Origin: an uncultured Nitrososphaeraceae archaeon
GTDB lineage: Archaea > Thermoproteota > Nitrososphaeria > Nitrososphaerales > Nitrososphaeraceae
Direction of reading: 5' to 3'
NCBI GenBank assembly: GCA_963765895.1
Contig: CAVXZB010000023.1
Span: forward strand, 64,001 to 128,000
DNA: 64,000 nt
The position numbers were made by a program, and so were the translations under genes. Of the stretch, positions 44,894 to 56,124 are shown piece after piece (within the stretch, counting starts at the first letter, position 1; the number at the start of each line of letters is the position of its first letter). The notes beneath the pieces are model-generated. The model worked only from the letters and a program-made list of their open reading frames with translations. It made no database searches and was not told the origin of the DNA.

Positions 44894-45662
44894 TCCTGGG
44901 ACAGTTTATTTTGTTGGATCAGGACCCGGTGATCCTGATCTTATTACATTGAGAGCCAAAGTGTTGGTAGAAACTGCAGATGTGATAGTCTATTCCGGTT
45001 CGCTTTTAAATCCTGAAGTTCTAAAATATGCAAAAAAGGACGCTGAACTCATTGACGCCGCTTTGATCGATAGAGAAAGAATTTACGAAATTCTTAGAGA
45101 TTCGACTAAAAAGGGCAAGCTATCTATACGATTCCATGATGGTGATCCAGCAATATTTAGCACCATAAGGGAACAGATCGATAAACTCGAGAGGGATCAT
45201 ATACAATGTAAAGTAGTTCCAGGGATTACTGCTCTCCTTGGAGCGGCCTCAGAATTGAACACCGAACTTACCGTTCCTGGAATTACACAAACAATCATAA
45301 TTACTAGGGCAGAGTTGAGAACTCCTGTGCCAGATCGCGAGAGTATTAGTGAACTTGGAAGACATGGAGCAACTATTGCTTTTTACCTGAGCATACATTT
45401 GATATCGGAGGTTGTAAATGAGCTACTAAAAGGAGGAACCTATAACTTAGAGACCCCTGCTGCAGTTGTATTCAGGGCTACTTGGAAAGATCAAAAAATA
45501 ATAAGAGGTGAATTGGGCAATATAGTATCAAAAACAAAGGAAGCTAAAATAACAAAAACTGCAGTCTTGATCGTTGGAGGAGCCCTTGCTCCTAGGACAT
45601 ATGAATTTTCAAAAGTTTATGATCCAGATTTCACGCATGGCTTTAGAAAAGCTGTGAATTAG
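44886..45662 (+). CDS. cbiF: Precorrin-4 C11-methyltransferase
   Basis: VYFVGSGPGDPDLIT, YSGSL, RFHDGDP, ELTVPGITQT, YDPDFTHGFR. Confidence 0.95.
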   Translation: MIDPGTVYFVGSGPGDPDLITLRAKVLVETADVIVYSGSLLNPEVLKYAKKDAELIDAALIDRERIYEILRDSTKKGKLSIRFHDGDPAIFSTIREQIDKLERDHIQCKVVPGITALLGAASELNTELTVPGITQTIIITRAELRTPVPDRESISELGRHGATIAFYLSIHLISEVVNELLKGGTYNLETPAAVVFRATWKDQKIIRGELGNIVSKTKEAKITKTAVLIVGGALAPRTYEFSKVYDPDFTHGFRKAVN

Positions 45663-45780
45663 TTTGGTTACCCGATTGGGTATATTTTCAAGTCCTTCTT
45701 GTTAGGTTAAGATTATTTCCTATCAAAGCCAACATAAATTGCGATATATGAGAAGTCTGTTATTATTATGCAGTATCCGT

Positions 45781-46000
45781 TTAGTCATTGATAAAGGATA
45801 TCAAGGACGCGGATATTCTATCGGAGATCGAGAATAAGAAAAAATGAAAACCAAATCCTATTGTCGAACTTATCAGTATATTAGATGTAAGTTGATAACA
45901 GACTATAAATAGTCCTAACGAAGGCAGCGTCAAAGTCAATGCCAGAGCGGTACTAACCCACACCGAGTCTGCTCAGTACTTCTGGAGTAATATTTTCATA
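45781..46000 (-). CDS. Small two-TM membrane protein (5' end probably frameshifted near 45965)
   Basis: Hydrophobic hairpin similar to ORF 46893-47147. Confidence 0.5.
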
Positions 46001-46325
46001 TTTATTAGAGAAAACAAGTCTAGATCTACCCAAATAGGTTTCAATAATATAAGGTTGCTTAGGACATAATAAGATTAACCTAATAATTCTTATTCTTTAT
46101 ATTTTCATAATTGAATAAAATTATGACATAAACAAGTTATATTGCTGATTCTAAATTCTGGGACAATTTCTGTAGAAATATTATATACTTTCAAAAGATA
46201 TTTGGATATTGTGAAAAAACTACCTAGATAAAATTGCCGGTGAAAAACACGAAAAATTGTATCTGGCTAATAAAATTCATTAAATTTTAGTTAATTTTAT
46301 TTAATAGTCATTAGTTATTAATATA

Positions 46326-46814
46326 ATGCTTCCTTCATTACAAGAGGAGATACTGAATGACAAAAATATCGATATGCTAAATAGGTTTGAAAGAGATGTA
46401 GCTGTTTATGATAAGCTATCTGAACTATCTGCGGCAATGAGTTCTATAAGTATATTGTGTTCTATCTTCATCCCGCTCTTATTATATAACCTTTTTGTTC
46501 GTGGTAATCCATTCAGTGGAATTACCGTTTTTCCCTATCTTTATTGCGTTATCGGAGGTATCTCAATGACCATGCTTATAACCAGATTGGCTATCGTTTA
46601 TGCTGATCGCAAGAAGCATCAAGTATCCAGAACCATATATCGGCCAATTACTGGCTTTTGTATGTGTGACCTGAGTATACTTCGTTCACACGCAAGAAAA
46701 TTGGAACGGGCTAAATCGATGGGGGACAGGTTGAGATACGTTAAACTAATGAATCACTATAGCGAAAATATCCTACGACAGCGGGACAGAATGGAAAAGT
46801 TAGGTATAACATAA
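46326..46814 (+). CDS. Hypothetical membrane protein
   Basis: Two TMs, TATA-like element upstream. Confidence 0.6.
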   Translation: MLPSLQEEILNDKNIDMLNRFERDVAVYDKLSELSAAMSSISILCSIFIPLLLYNLFVRGNPFSGITVFPYLYCVIGGISMTMLITRLAIVYADRKKHQVSRTIYRPITGFCMCDLSILRSHARKLERAKSMGDRLRYVKLMNHYSENILRQRDRMEKLGIT

Positions 46815-46892
46815 TAATAAGACCACTCCAGCGAACTTGATTCTTCAAAACTATAGAAAGCAATTGCACTTCATTTTCAGTATATAAAGTGG

Positions 46893-47147
46893 ATGCAATC
46901 AATCTTGAATGATGACTCCAGACCTGTAAAAATGAGTACAGCAAAACTATTTGCATTGTCTACGGTCCTGGCAATTATTATTACGGTTCCAACCATAGCT
47001 CTAACGCTGCTGCTTCATTACATAGTAAAGACAAATATTATAACGACTATGATAATAGGCGTTTTAGTCTTTCTTACTACTATGGGCTTCGGATTCAAAA
47101 TTTCTAAACGGCTAACATCTCACGATAATAATGCGATAGATATGTGA
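46893..47147 (+). CDS. Small two-TM membrane protein
   Basis: Hydrophobic hairpin with basic C-terminus. Confidence 0.6.
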   Translation: MQSILNDDSRPVKMSTAKLFALSTVLAIIITVPTIALTLLLHYIVKTNIITTMIIGVLVFLTTMGFGFKISKRLTSHDNNAIDM

Positions 47148-47550
47148 AATGCGTAGTAGCATATCGAAAATTAAAGCAGATCCAATATCCATCATTATCG
47201 ACATTCTTGCCGATAACTAATGTTTCGATTCCTAACACGTTAAGCAAATAAACGATACCACAGACTGTAGGAAAGCGATGTGAAAGAAGAATAGTCAATT
47301 ATCGCAATAGGTGTCGGATATGGGTTCAGTTATCCTAAAAAGTCACAAACTGTATGCGCTGTGAATTCGGAATAGGGTTGACAATCCCACTGCATTTCGT
47401 TTAAAGATTCTTGAAAAATTGTAACAGATACTAAAATTAAACTGTTAAATTTTCTTGAAACGACTTCACCAGGTTGTTCTTTTAATGAATGAATGGAACA
47501 TCAGATAACACAAACGCTTAAAAAGCATCGCATTTTAATATTGGTTTACT

Positions 47551-47814
47551 ATGACATTACCAAAAGGATTCGGTCAGCAACCAAAAAATGTTGGGAAAAG
47601 GAGTTTTAACGACTGGTGGGCCACGGTGCCAGACGATCTCAAGACCAAAAGCCGAAAAGGCGACGAACAGAACAAGCCGTTGCTAAATCAAGTTAACTAT
47701 GTTCTCCTACATCTCCATTTGGCTGGAAAACACGACGCGAAGCCCAGTCATGAAGAGTTGAAAGATTGGCTTCACAGTGGCCAAGTTGACGTGCTCCGAA
47801 TGACTAAAAAATAG
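47551..47814 (+). CDS. Conserved hypothetical small protein
   Basis: Clean 87-aa ORF (MTLPKGFG...), with a TTAAAAA TATA-like element upstream and a T-tract downstream. Confidence 0.7.
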   Translation: MTLPKGFGQQPKNVGKRSFNDWWATVPDDLKTKSRKGDEQNKPLLNQVNYVLLHLHLAGKHDAKPSHEELKDWLHSGQVDVLRMTKK

Positions 47815-48626
47815 GTAAAAACAGTTAGGTATCCTAAACATCATTTCACATTTTTTATATTACATGTAAATTAGATGCAAAGTATTTTTCTAATGGACGA
47901 GGCTTGAAAATAATGGTCTCGTAAAGGTAGATATCGTAAACATACACTCAGTACGGTTCATAAATATTGCTGAATTTTTCGTTAGTAAAAATTGGGTTGT
48001 AGTCGATGACTAACAGAATGACGTTTGTTGCTCAGCAATTCATGTTCTCCTATATTGTAACAGATTAATGATCGAGTATGGGATGAAAGTTTACGGCCGG
48101 GTGAGAACCAACCAACCGTAGCATGGCTGGAATTATTACATTTTCTGGCAGTAGGAAATTCATAAGCTGTTATAATATCTATCCGGAGAATCCTACAGGT
48201 TTATAATCTACGCTCAAGAAAATTGTAAGGAAAATGGTTAGTATTTTGACAATTACAAGCGTGCGAATAAATTCATAAGGCGAATGATCTCCAGTCCATT
48301 CTTGTTGCCTCTAGTATGCAAGTAGAGTGAATATTAATATATTGCAATGAGTTCCATTTAGAGAGGGATGTTAAGGCAGCCAACCCTCAGTAGCTTCCTG
48401 AAACAGTATGACCAGTATATATTATTTTATTGATTTTCGATAGAGTAAAATGGTGTATGAAACTAGAAACTAAACTCTCAAGTCATTTTAAGTAGGGCTA
48501 TATTTGTGACAAATTAATGTAATACTGTTACCCTATCTCTATTTGGACTGTATATTATTGTAAATAGAGTGGAGCAACCATACAAAAGACTTCCACAGTA
48601 AATAGCCCAAGATAATGCTAAGTCTG

Positions 48627-49680
48627 CTATTCAGGTTTGATTAGTCTAGTAAGAATTGTTTCAGGAGGTACCATCTGCTCAATCCCTGCTGCTATGGCAG
48701 ATAAATTTCTAACCTCTATTATCATTAGCTTTATAGCGAGCAACCATAATACCTACACTAAACATAGAGCGAAATGCTCCCAATACCCTACGAACGCTCA
48801 GTCCTTCGAAGTTTGTTTCAAGCTGCAAAATAAATTCGATATCATTTACAGCATTTTGCGGGATGATATCTTTATAAACGGTATTGGCAAGTTCTCCTGC
48901 TGCCTCGGTAATCTTTTCAATGTTTATCATCTTCTGAAGGAGATCATTTGGGACTTTCGGTGTTGTAGTCACTATTAGTTCGCTTATAGCTGTTGAACTC
49001 AGACCCCAAAATTTGCCTCGTAGGATTGCGAGTATATTATAAGAATCTATATCAACTGAGGCAATTTTTTTTGCATCTATAGATTGTGATTCTGCATTCA
49101 TTGCCCTGCCCAAGTCGTGGTAAAAGACGTGGTCCAAATAAATATCAAATAATCTCAAATCGCCTTTTTCTTTATACGCTACTGCAGCTTTAGATGCGTC
49201 TTCATGGAATTCGCTGCCTGCAGTAGCAGATATTGCCTCATCCAGACTCTTAGCAACCAAAGCCTTCACAATAATATCCCTTCTCCCAACGAGCTCTTCA
49301 GCGCGAAGGTTGACCTTAGGCAATAATTCCTCGTAAGACTTTCCCAGGGCCTTTCCTTTCAATACTATCTTTAAATTCCAAATAACATACTTGATAAAAT
49401 ATGCATTCAGAATTCCTGATCCGCCGGTAATATTAACCATTTTGGCATGGCTGTTTACTAAATACTCTCTGAGTGCTCCCTCGATTTTTTCTGCTGTATA
49501 TGGCTTGACCAATTTTGCAAATGCGTCCAAGTAAACAGTGTTCTTTATTCTGGTAACTAACTCGTCGATATCTCTGGATTCAGCAAGAGTTTGTAATTCG
49601 CCTTTCGAAAGCATCCTACCTCTTATACCGTGGGATAGTACTGTCCCGAAGATCTTGGCTGGCATACTAATCTTACTCAT
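48627..49680 (-). CDS. atpC: A-type ATP synthase subunit C (d); frameshift at ~48738
   Basis: WNLKIVLKGK, DIYLD, DIDSYNILAILRG. Corrected C-terminus AAIKLMIIEVRNLSAIAAGIEQ. Confidence 0.93.
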
Positions 49681-49814
49681 ATCAAGTTACTAACTAGAAT
49701 TTTGATATTTTAGCCTATATAAGAATCTTAATTCAATATATATGAATTTGAGAGTTATCGCCTCCCGCCCCCCCCCCCCGAGCCGAAACAAGAAGACGTC
49801 TGATTTGCAAATTT

Positions 49815-50110
49815 TTATAGTGCTATTCGTTGGATGTCTTTTCTTTCTATTGAGGCCCAAGCTCCCATTTCTGATTGATTTTTTCCATCGTGTTTACCCG
49901 TTATTTCGCTCACTACTATCTCACGCGGAGATACTGGGGCCAAACCATGGCTACATACTCTCCAGGTTCCCCAGCTTTGTCGAGACTAGCCAGTCGCATA
50001 CATTCAGATTTAAAACCGTTTGATACCAGTTTTTCTCTAACTTTATCTTCCAGTTGCTTCTGGCCGTGAACAATCAGATAGATAGTTCTAGCAGGATCTA
50101 AGATTACCAT
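49815..50110 (-). CDS. Conserved hypothetical protein; homopolymer frameshift at ~49938
   Basis: Adding one C gives a continuous ORF ...VWPPVSPREIVVSEI...MGAWASIEKKDIQRIAL*. Confidence 0.6.
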
Positions 50111-50177
50111 ATGTATTTTTCAGACTCAGGTGATACCCTCATAATCTATAAACGTGTTGGTAATGTGAATTGCATTA

Positions 50178-50768
50178 TTGCTCATGAGCATTATAAGCGA
50201 TTCCTACATGAATTTGATCCTTCCAGAAGACATTTCAACCCGAATTAGGGACTTTATAACTGGAGGCCGAGATTTTCCCTACATCGAAGAAAATGAATTA
50301 ATGTGTCTGCTGTTTGTCTATGGCAGAGATCACAGAGTTAAGACCGAGACTGAAGTGAATGAGGCACTCGATCTGGTTGAGCGTACCGTAGCAAATATTA
50401 CTAAAGAAATTGAATATTATAACAATTCAAAAGCAAGGTTCAATACAGAATTCATCAAGAGTAAATATATAAGAAGGGAACTACAGATAGTGCAAGAACA
50501 GCACACCTCCAAACCTCAAATCTGGAACGATCCGACTGTCTTAACTGATTCCTTTGCGCGGCATGTTTCATTCCATAGACAGGAATACTTTTTTCAGGTA
50601 TTTGGGCCATTAAAGGAATCGGAATTACTAACTGAGCTGAGGGCAGATCTTATGAACAGAATAGTGATGGTAGGTTTTAATAGGAGAGATCAGAGTTTTG
50701 TTCCGTTTAAGCATTCATTAGTTCCTGTGTATATTTGGTTCAGGGATAGGCTGAAGTTTAAAGTTTAA
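50178..50768 (+). CDS. Hypothetical protein
   Basis: Clean 196-aa ORF. Confidence 0.65.
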   Translation: MLMSIISDSYMNLILPEDISTRIRDFITGGRDFPYIEENELMCLLFVYGRDHRVKTETEVNEALDLVERTVANITKEIEYYNNSKARFNTEFIKSKYIRRELQIVQEQHTSKPQIWNDPTVLTDSFARHVSFHRQEYFFQVFGPLKESELLTELRADLMNRIVMVGFNRRDQSFVPFKHSLVPVYIWFRDRLKFKV

Positions 50769-50933
50769 GCATTGGCCAGTTTTAATTCGCTATCCTAACT
50801 TTTAATATCGACTTCTATAATCCGTGTAGTGCATACCCAGTACTATTTCTTGTGTGAAGCAGGGGTGAAAATCACAACAGTTGATTGAGGTCTGGCATAA
50901 CTATATGTACGCAAAAATCGTTCAACAGCAACG

Positions 50934-51731
50934 TTGCTAAATAATCCTATTGCTGTCTTTGATTCAGGTGTGGGCTCTCTCTCGATAATAAAGGAGCTGA
51001 GGAAGGTAATTCCTAGTGAGAATCTGCTTTATTTGGCAGACAAGTCTAACTTTCCGTATGGTGATAAATCACGTAATGATCTACTAGATATTGTACTTCG
51101 GACAATTGATTATCTTCGTCGATACAGACCCAAACTGGTTATTATAGCCTCAAATACGCCCTCGATTCAAATATTAGAAGAGGTTAGGAAAAAAACAGGT
51201 CTCTCAGTCATGGGCGTAAAACCTCCATTGAGACAAGCCTGTACGTTAACAAAGAAAAAGCATATCGGCATCATGACAACTGGAGGAGCTCTGCAAAGTA
51301 ACGAATTGGAATCCTTAATTCGTAAAGAAGTTCCCCAGAACATCTTTATTACTAGGATTAACGCTTCAGCAGCAGTTCAGTTAGTTGAAAATGGAACCTA
51401 CCTAACAAATGAGAAGATGACATTTAAGACGCTCTTGCAGATAGTGGGGGAACACCTTGACGAAAGACTCGACGTTATTACTTTATCCAGCACCCACCTT
51501 CCATTTGTAAAAAATTATCTCGTGGCTCTTTTGCCTACGGTGAAATTTCTCGATCCTGCGAAGATGATGGCCCAGGAGGTAAGGAAATTTCTAAAATTTA
51601 ATAGAATGCTAAGAAAAAGCGGCAATGGGCAATTAGAAATTCAAGTGTCAGATAAAAAAAATGAATTTGAGAGGATACTGCGAATCATGGGTGTACGAGA
51701 GTCAATAAAGGAAGTTTTTCTACCTATTTGA
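50934..51731 (+). CDS. Glutamate racemase (MurI)-like protein with both catalytic Cys replaced by Ser
   Basis: IAVFDSGVGSL, FPYGDKS; ASNT in place of ACNT; SSTHLP in place of GCTHYP. Confidence 0.85.
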   Translation: MLNNPIAVFDSGVGSLSIIKELRKVIPSENLLYLADKSNFPYGDKSRNDLLDIVLRTIDYLRRYRPKLVIIASNTPSIQILEEVRKKTGLSVMGVKPPLRQACTLTKKKHIGIMTTGGALQSNELESLIRKEVPQNIFITRINASAAVQLVENGTYLTNEKMTFKTLLQIVGEHLDERLDVITLSSTHLPFVKNYLVALLPTVKFLDPAKMMAQEVRKFLKFNRMLRKSGNGQLEIQVSDKKNEFERILRIMGVRESIKEVFLPI

Positions 51732-51812
51732 TATTGGGAGATAAAGACCAAGGTTTTGGATAGGCTTTAAATAATCGATTCTTGATTTTGAGTTAGGCAC
51801 ACCTAACGGTTT

Positions 51813-53948
51813 TTGGATATGACAAATAGAATAAGAATAGGAATTGATGTAGGAGGAACTTTTACAAAGGCCGTTGCGTTGGACATTTCCAATTGCAGCG
51901 TTGTTGGTAAAGTCACTGTACCTACCACACATGGTTCTAAAGAGGGAGTGTCAACTGGGATAATTAGAGCACTCACTAACCTTGTGAACCAATGTAACCT
52001 TCAACATTCTCAAATCGAACTGATTGCCCATAGTACAACCCAAGCAGTTAACGCGCTGCTGGAGGGTGACACAGCCAAAGTTGGTATTATTGGTATGGGG
52101 GTTGGTCTTGAAAAATCAAGTGTTATCAGACGTACAAATATTCATGATATAAAATTGGCATCCCATAAATACCTAAAGTCTTGTTATCGATTTTTAGATA
52201 CTTCGAAATATTTGGATGAAAAAGAGGTAACGTCGGCAATCTGTCAACTCAAGAAGGAAGGAGCAGAGGTGCTTGTAGTAAGCGAAGCCTACGGCGTGGA
52301 TGATCCCAGCAACGAAATATTCGTGATGAAAAAATCTGACATTCCATCGACTTCTGGCCATGAGTTAACTGGGATCTACGGCCTTGAAATTCGGACCTTG
52401 ACCGCCGCCATCAATGCTAGCATCTTACCCAAAGCCATGGCCACAGCTGGATTTGTTGAGTCAGCAGGTACGAAACGAGAATATCGTCACTCCTGTTATG
52501 CTGATGAAGGGCGACGGAGGAGTTACCGATATGCAGACATTTCGAAATAGGCCTATTCTTACGGTTTTGTCTGGACCTGCAGCAAGTGTAGCGGGCGCAT
52601 TGCTGCATCTGTCGGTGTTAGATGGTATCTTTATCGAAGTCGGCGGGACATCCACCAATGTCTGCGTTATAAAGGGCGGGAAACCAGAGGTTAACTACGT
52701 AACCATAATGGAACATCCCACTTGTATTCGCTCCCTAGACGTTCGGGTCGCCGGTATAGCAGGTGGTTCTCTAATACGATGGTCTGGAAGAAAAATAACC
52801 GACGTAGGTCCACGTTCAGCACATATAGCAAATCTCCCATATTCTTGTTTCGCAAATCCTGAAGACTTAGAGAACGGTCAAATAATTACCTTCAGACCCA
52901 AGGATGGTGATCCCATTGATTATATTGCTATAGAAACAGGTGGCGCAAATCGCTACGCTATTACGAATACCTGCGCGGCTAACGCGTTGGGACTAATCCC
53001 AAACGGGGATTATGCAATGGCGAATCATAAAGTCTGCTAGGGTTGCTTTGTCAATACTTGCTAACAGAATGGGAATGGAAATGATAGAAGTAGCACAATC
53101 AATTCTTGAGATTTCAGCAAAGAAAATTATCAAAATTATAGAAACTATGGCGAGAGAATACAAATTAAAGTTAGATAGTATTTCGTTGGTCGGCGGAGGA
53201 GGAGGCGCCTCAGTTTTAATACCATTCCTAGCTCGAAAAACTTCAGTTACCGTTTCACATTGCTGAAAATGCAGAGGTCATATCCTCTATAGGAGTAGCG
53301 GCAGCTATGATTAGGGAAGAACGTGAAAGAACAGTCAATAATCCCAATCCAAGCGATATTGCATCATTGGCAGATGAGGTAAAACAATCAGCACTGAATA
53401 GGGGGGTTTCCCCAGAATCGCTTGTTATAGAATCCCAATTTATTAGTGAAAGGTCAGTGTTGCGTGCCATCGCCACTGGTAATGTGAACCTGGATATTGG
53501 TTCATCAAACTCTGAAGTAATCGATGAAGAACAGGCCAGAATACTAGCATGTGAATTATTTGGAATTAATCAGGGCCTTCAGAAATTATACGACATGAAG
53601 AACTATCATGTTTTTGCATGCGAGATCAATAAGAAAAAGTTATTTCTAAAATCAAAGAGGAGGCCAGCTCTGGTACTTGATAACCATGGTCGAGTGAAAT
53701 TATCGATTGATAATGCCTCGATAATTAATGGGAGTCCAGGAGAAGTCGCTAATAAAATTGACACCATGCTTAATCAATCTGAAGAATCAAATAATAATAT
53801 GAATCTAGCCCCCCAGGTCCATTTATTGGACGGCACGAAAATTGTAGATTTCTCGAGCTTAACATCTCGAGATCATGTGTCAAAGGCTATCAGGGATGAA
53901 CTAGAAAAATCCACTAGTGCTCAGATTGTAGCCATTATTAAAATCTGA
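51813..53948 (+). CDS. Hydantoinase/oxoprolinase subunit-A (ASKHA) family protein; frameshifts at ~52467, ~53030, ~53238
   Basis: IGIDVGGTFTKAV, HSTTQAVNALLEG, RTLTAAINASILP, SGPAASVAG, EVGGTSTN, GGGGGA. Confidence 0.88.
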
Positions 53949-54250
53949 CTACATCTGAAATGCAAATTACTTGTCAAATGTTCTGTTTTGGAGTATCGAC
54001 TTATATTGTCAGTCTGGATAAAGTATTTATATAAAATATTCTAACCCTTTCATTTTATTGAGTTTGCAGTTGATCTCCATATTCACTAAATAAAATCACT
54101 AGCATGAAAACATTAATTGCCCCAGATATTCAACTGATTTCGGCCAAAAGTCCTAGAAGAAGTGCCTTCATATTTTTTATAGAGTATTCCCGAGACCGAT
54201 TTGGATATTTCGTAGTAACTTGGGATTCAGTCAGTATGCGAATAAATTAA

Positions 54251-55227
54251 GAGCCTATCCTAAAATTATCCTCCTATAGATAATAATACAAGAGCCTAAA
54301 CATACTACTGCTAAGGCAAAATAGCTTCCTAACTTCTTCTCATACCAACTAAAAGTTTTCTGAACCTGTTATGCCAAGAGTTGGTTCTTTCTACAACCCC
54401 ATCTTCTTTTAGCATGATGACGATGATTATTACCACATTTAATCTTTATAACTGATTGTTCTCCTCTATGTCAAATATGTGATAGATATCCTTTATTGAT
54501 TGATGGACCTCGATCGTTTGAAAGTCATATCCTTTATCAAGATAGATAAAGATTCTGTTTTTCTTTATATGTCCTAGTGATCTTTTAACTACGGTATTAT
54601 TATCCAGCGTGTTTATAGCGGCCTTTCATATCATCATGCGTATTAGCCGCAGTTATAACAACAACAACAATAGATAATGGAAATACCTTGTCCATCAGTT
54701 ATTAATACATGATGACGTTTTGTTCCTAACTATCTTACCTCTGTCTGTAGGATTAGGTCTAATCAGTCATTTCTGCCTGGAGATGCCTTTATCGATATAC
54801 TACTACTACTATCAAGTGATTGTCTCTCTATTGAATTTCTACCTTAGCATCATACACTTTTTTTTAGCAAGTCTAGTCCATAATCTCTCAAATATCTTAT
54901 ATTGACCATTGCTGAAATCGTCTATGATATGTCGAACCTGAACCATACTCCTTTGGCAACATCTATCTTCTATTGACATTGACATTCAATTCTTAAGACA
55001 TTCCAAAAACATATACAATGCAATCAAATACATTCCTAAATGAGACTGCTGCTGTAAGTGAGATGGTATTATTCGGTTTTTCTATTGGAAGATATCAACA
55101 ACCTGGCCTCATTCCATAACGCATCAGGGAATCTTTTGACAGTTAGAAGATACTTGACTTTATCATAAGCGTCACTTACGAACAAAACTCTCACAAGCTA
55201 TACTCTATCTATTTGTGGGATGGGTTC
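54251..55227 (-). mobile_element. Decayed IS5-family insertion sequence (~977 bp) with imperfect TIRs and TAA flanks
   Basis: Minus-strand fragments IPDALWNE, PKEYGSGST, RRFQQW, NPTDRGK, TAANTHD, DKGYD, VVERTNSWHNRFRKLL, IIIYRRIILG*. Ends are GAGCCTATCC (54251) and GGATGGGTTC (55218-55227), each flanked by TAA. Confidence 0.85.
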
Positions 55228-55292
55228 TAACCAACAAATCATCCCTATGAGTCATTAAATAAATATAATTGTCTATAGGTGCAATATAATCA

Positions 55293-56124
55293 ATGCCAAG
55301 ACTATTTGACCCACATATCCATATGTATTCTAGAACGACTAATGACTATGAAGCTATGTCAAAAGCCGGGATTGAAATAATAGTTCAGCCTTCATTTTGG
55401 CTAGGTAGCCCTCGGAGATTTGTCGGAACTTTTGAAGATTACTGGGAGAACATAATTTCTTTTGAACCCTGGCGGGCTAAGGAATTTGGAATTGAGCACT
55501 ACTCATGCATTTCTGTAAATCCAAAAGAAGCTGGCTGAACGGCCACTTGCTCTTGATGCCGTTGAAGCAATGGTAAAGAAAGGTTACTTAGAAAGAGAGG
55601 GAGTAGTAGCAGTAGGTGAGATCGGTTACGATCAAATAAATGAATTGGAAGAAGATATTTTTGTTAAGCAGATGGATATAGCATCTGAACGACATATGCT
55701 TATGACTATTCATCTTCCACATAAGAACAAGATAAAGGGAATCCAAAACATAGAGAGGATAATGAACGATAACTCTGATAGTAACAAAGTAAGATACAAC
55801 AGTAAAAAGATGCTTATTGATCACAATGTGGAGGAGACAATAGGAAAAACATTAGAAATGGGAATGTGGGCAGGATTGTCTGTATACCCTGTCACAAAAT
55901 TGTCTCCTGATCAGGCAATTAAAATTCTGAACAAATACGGCACAGAACATGTGATGATTCATAGCGCGGCTGATTGGGGTCGTTCCGATCCTCTTAGTGT
56001 TCCAAAAGTTGCCGAAAAAATGAAAGAATCTGGTGGATTTAGTGAGAACGAAATTGAAAAAGTTACTTTCTCAAATGCAGTCGAGTTCTTTAAGCAATCA
56101 CCAAAATTCACTTGGAGGCCGTGA
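55293..56124 (+). CDS. TatD-family metallohydrolase (EboB-like); frameshift at ~55533
   Basis: FDPHIHMYSRTTNDY, VNPKEA, AVGEIGYD, IHLPH, IDHN.E, SAADWG.SDPL.VPK. Confidence 0.85.

Noticed and set aside
47820-48620. Long intergenic region with a small hairpin (TACGG...CCGTA near 48092-48120), possible ncRNA or gene remnant
   Set aside because: No recognisable RNA family motif or protein remnant; the stem is too short to support a call.
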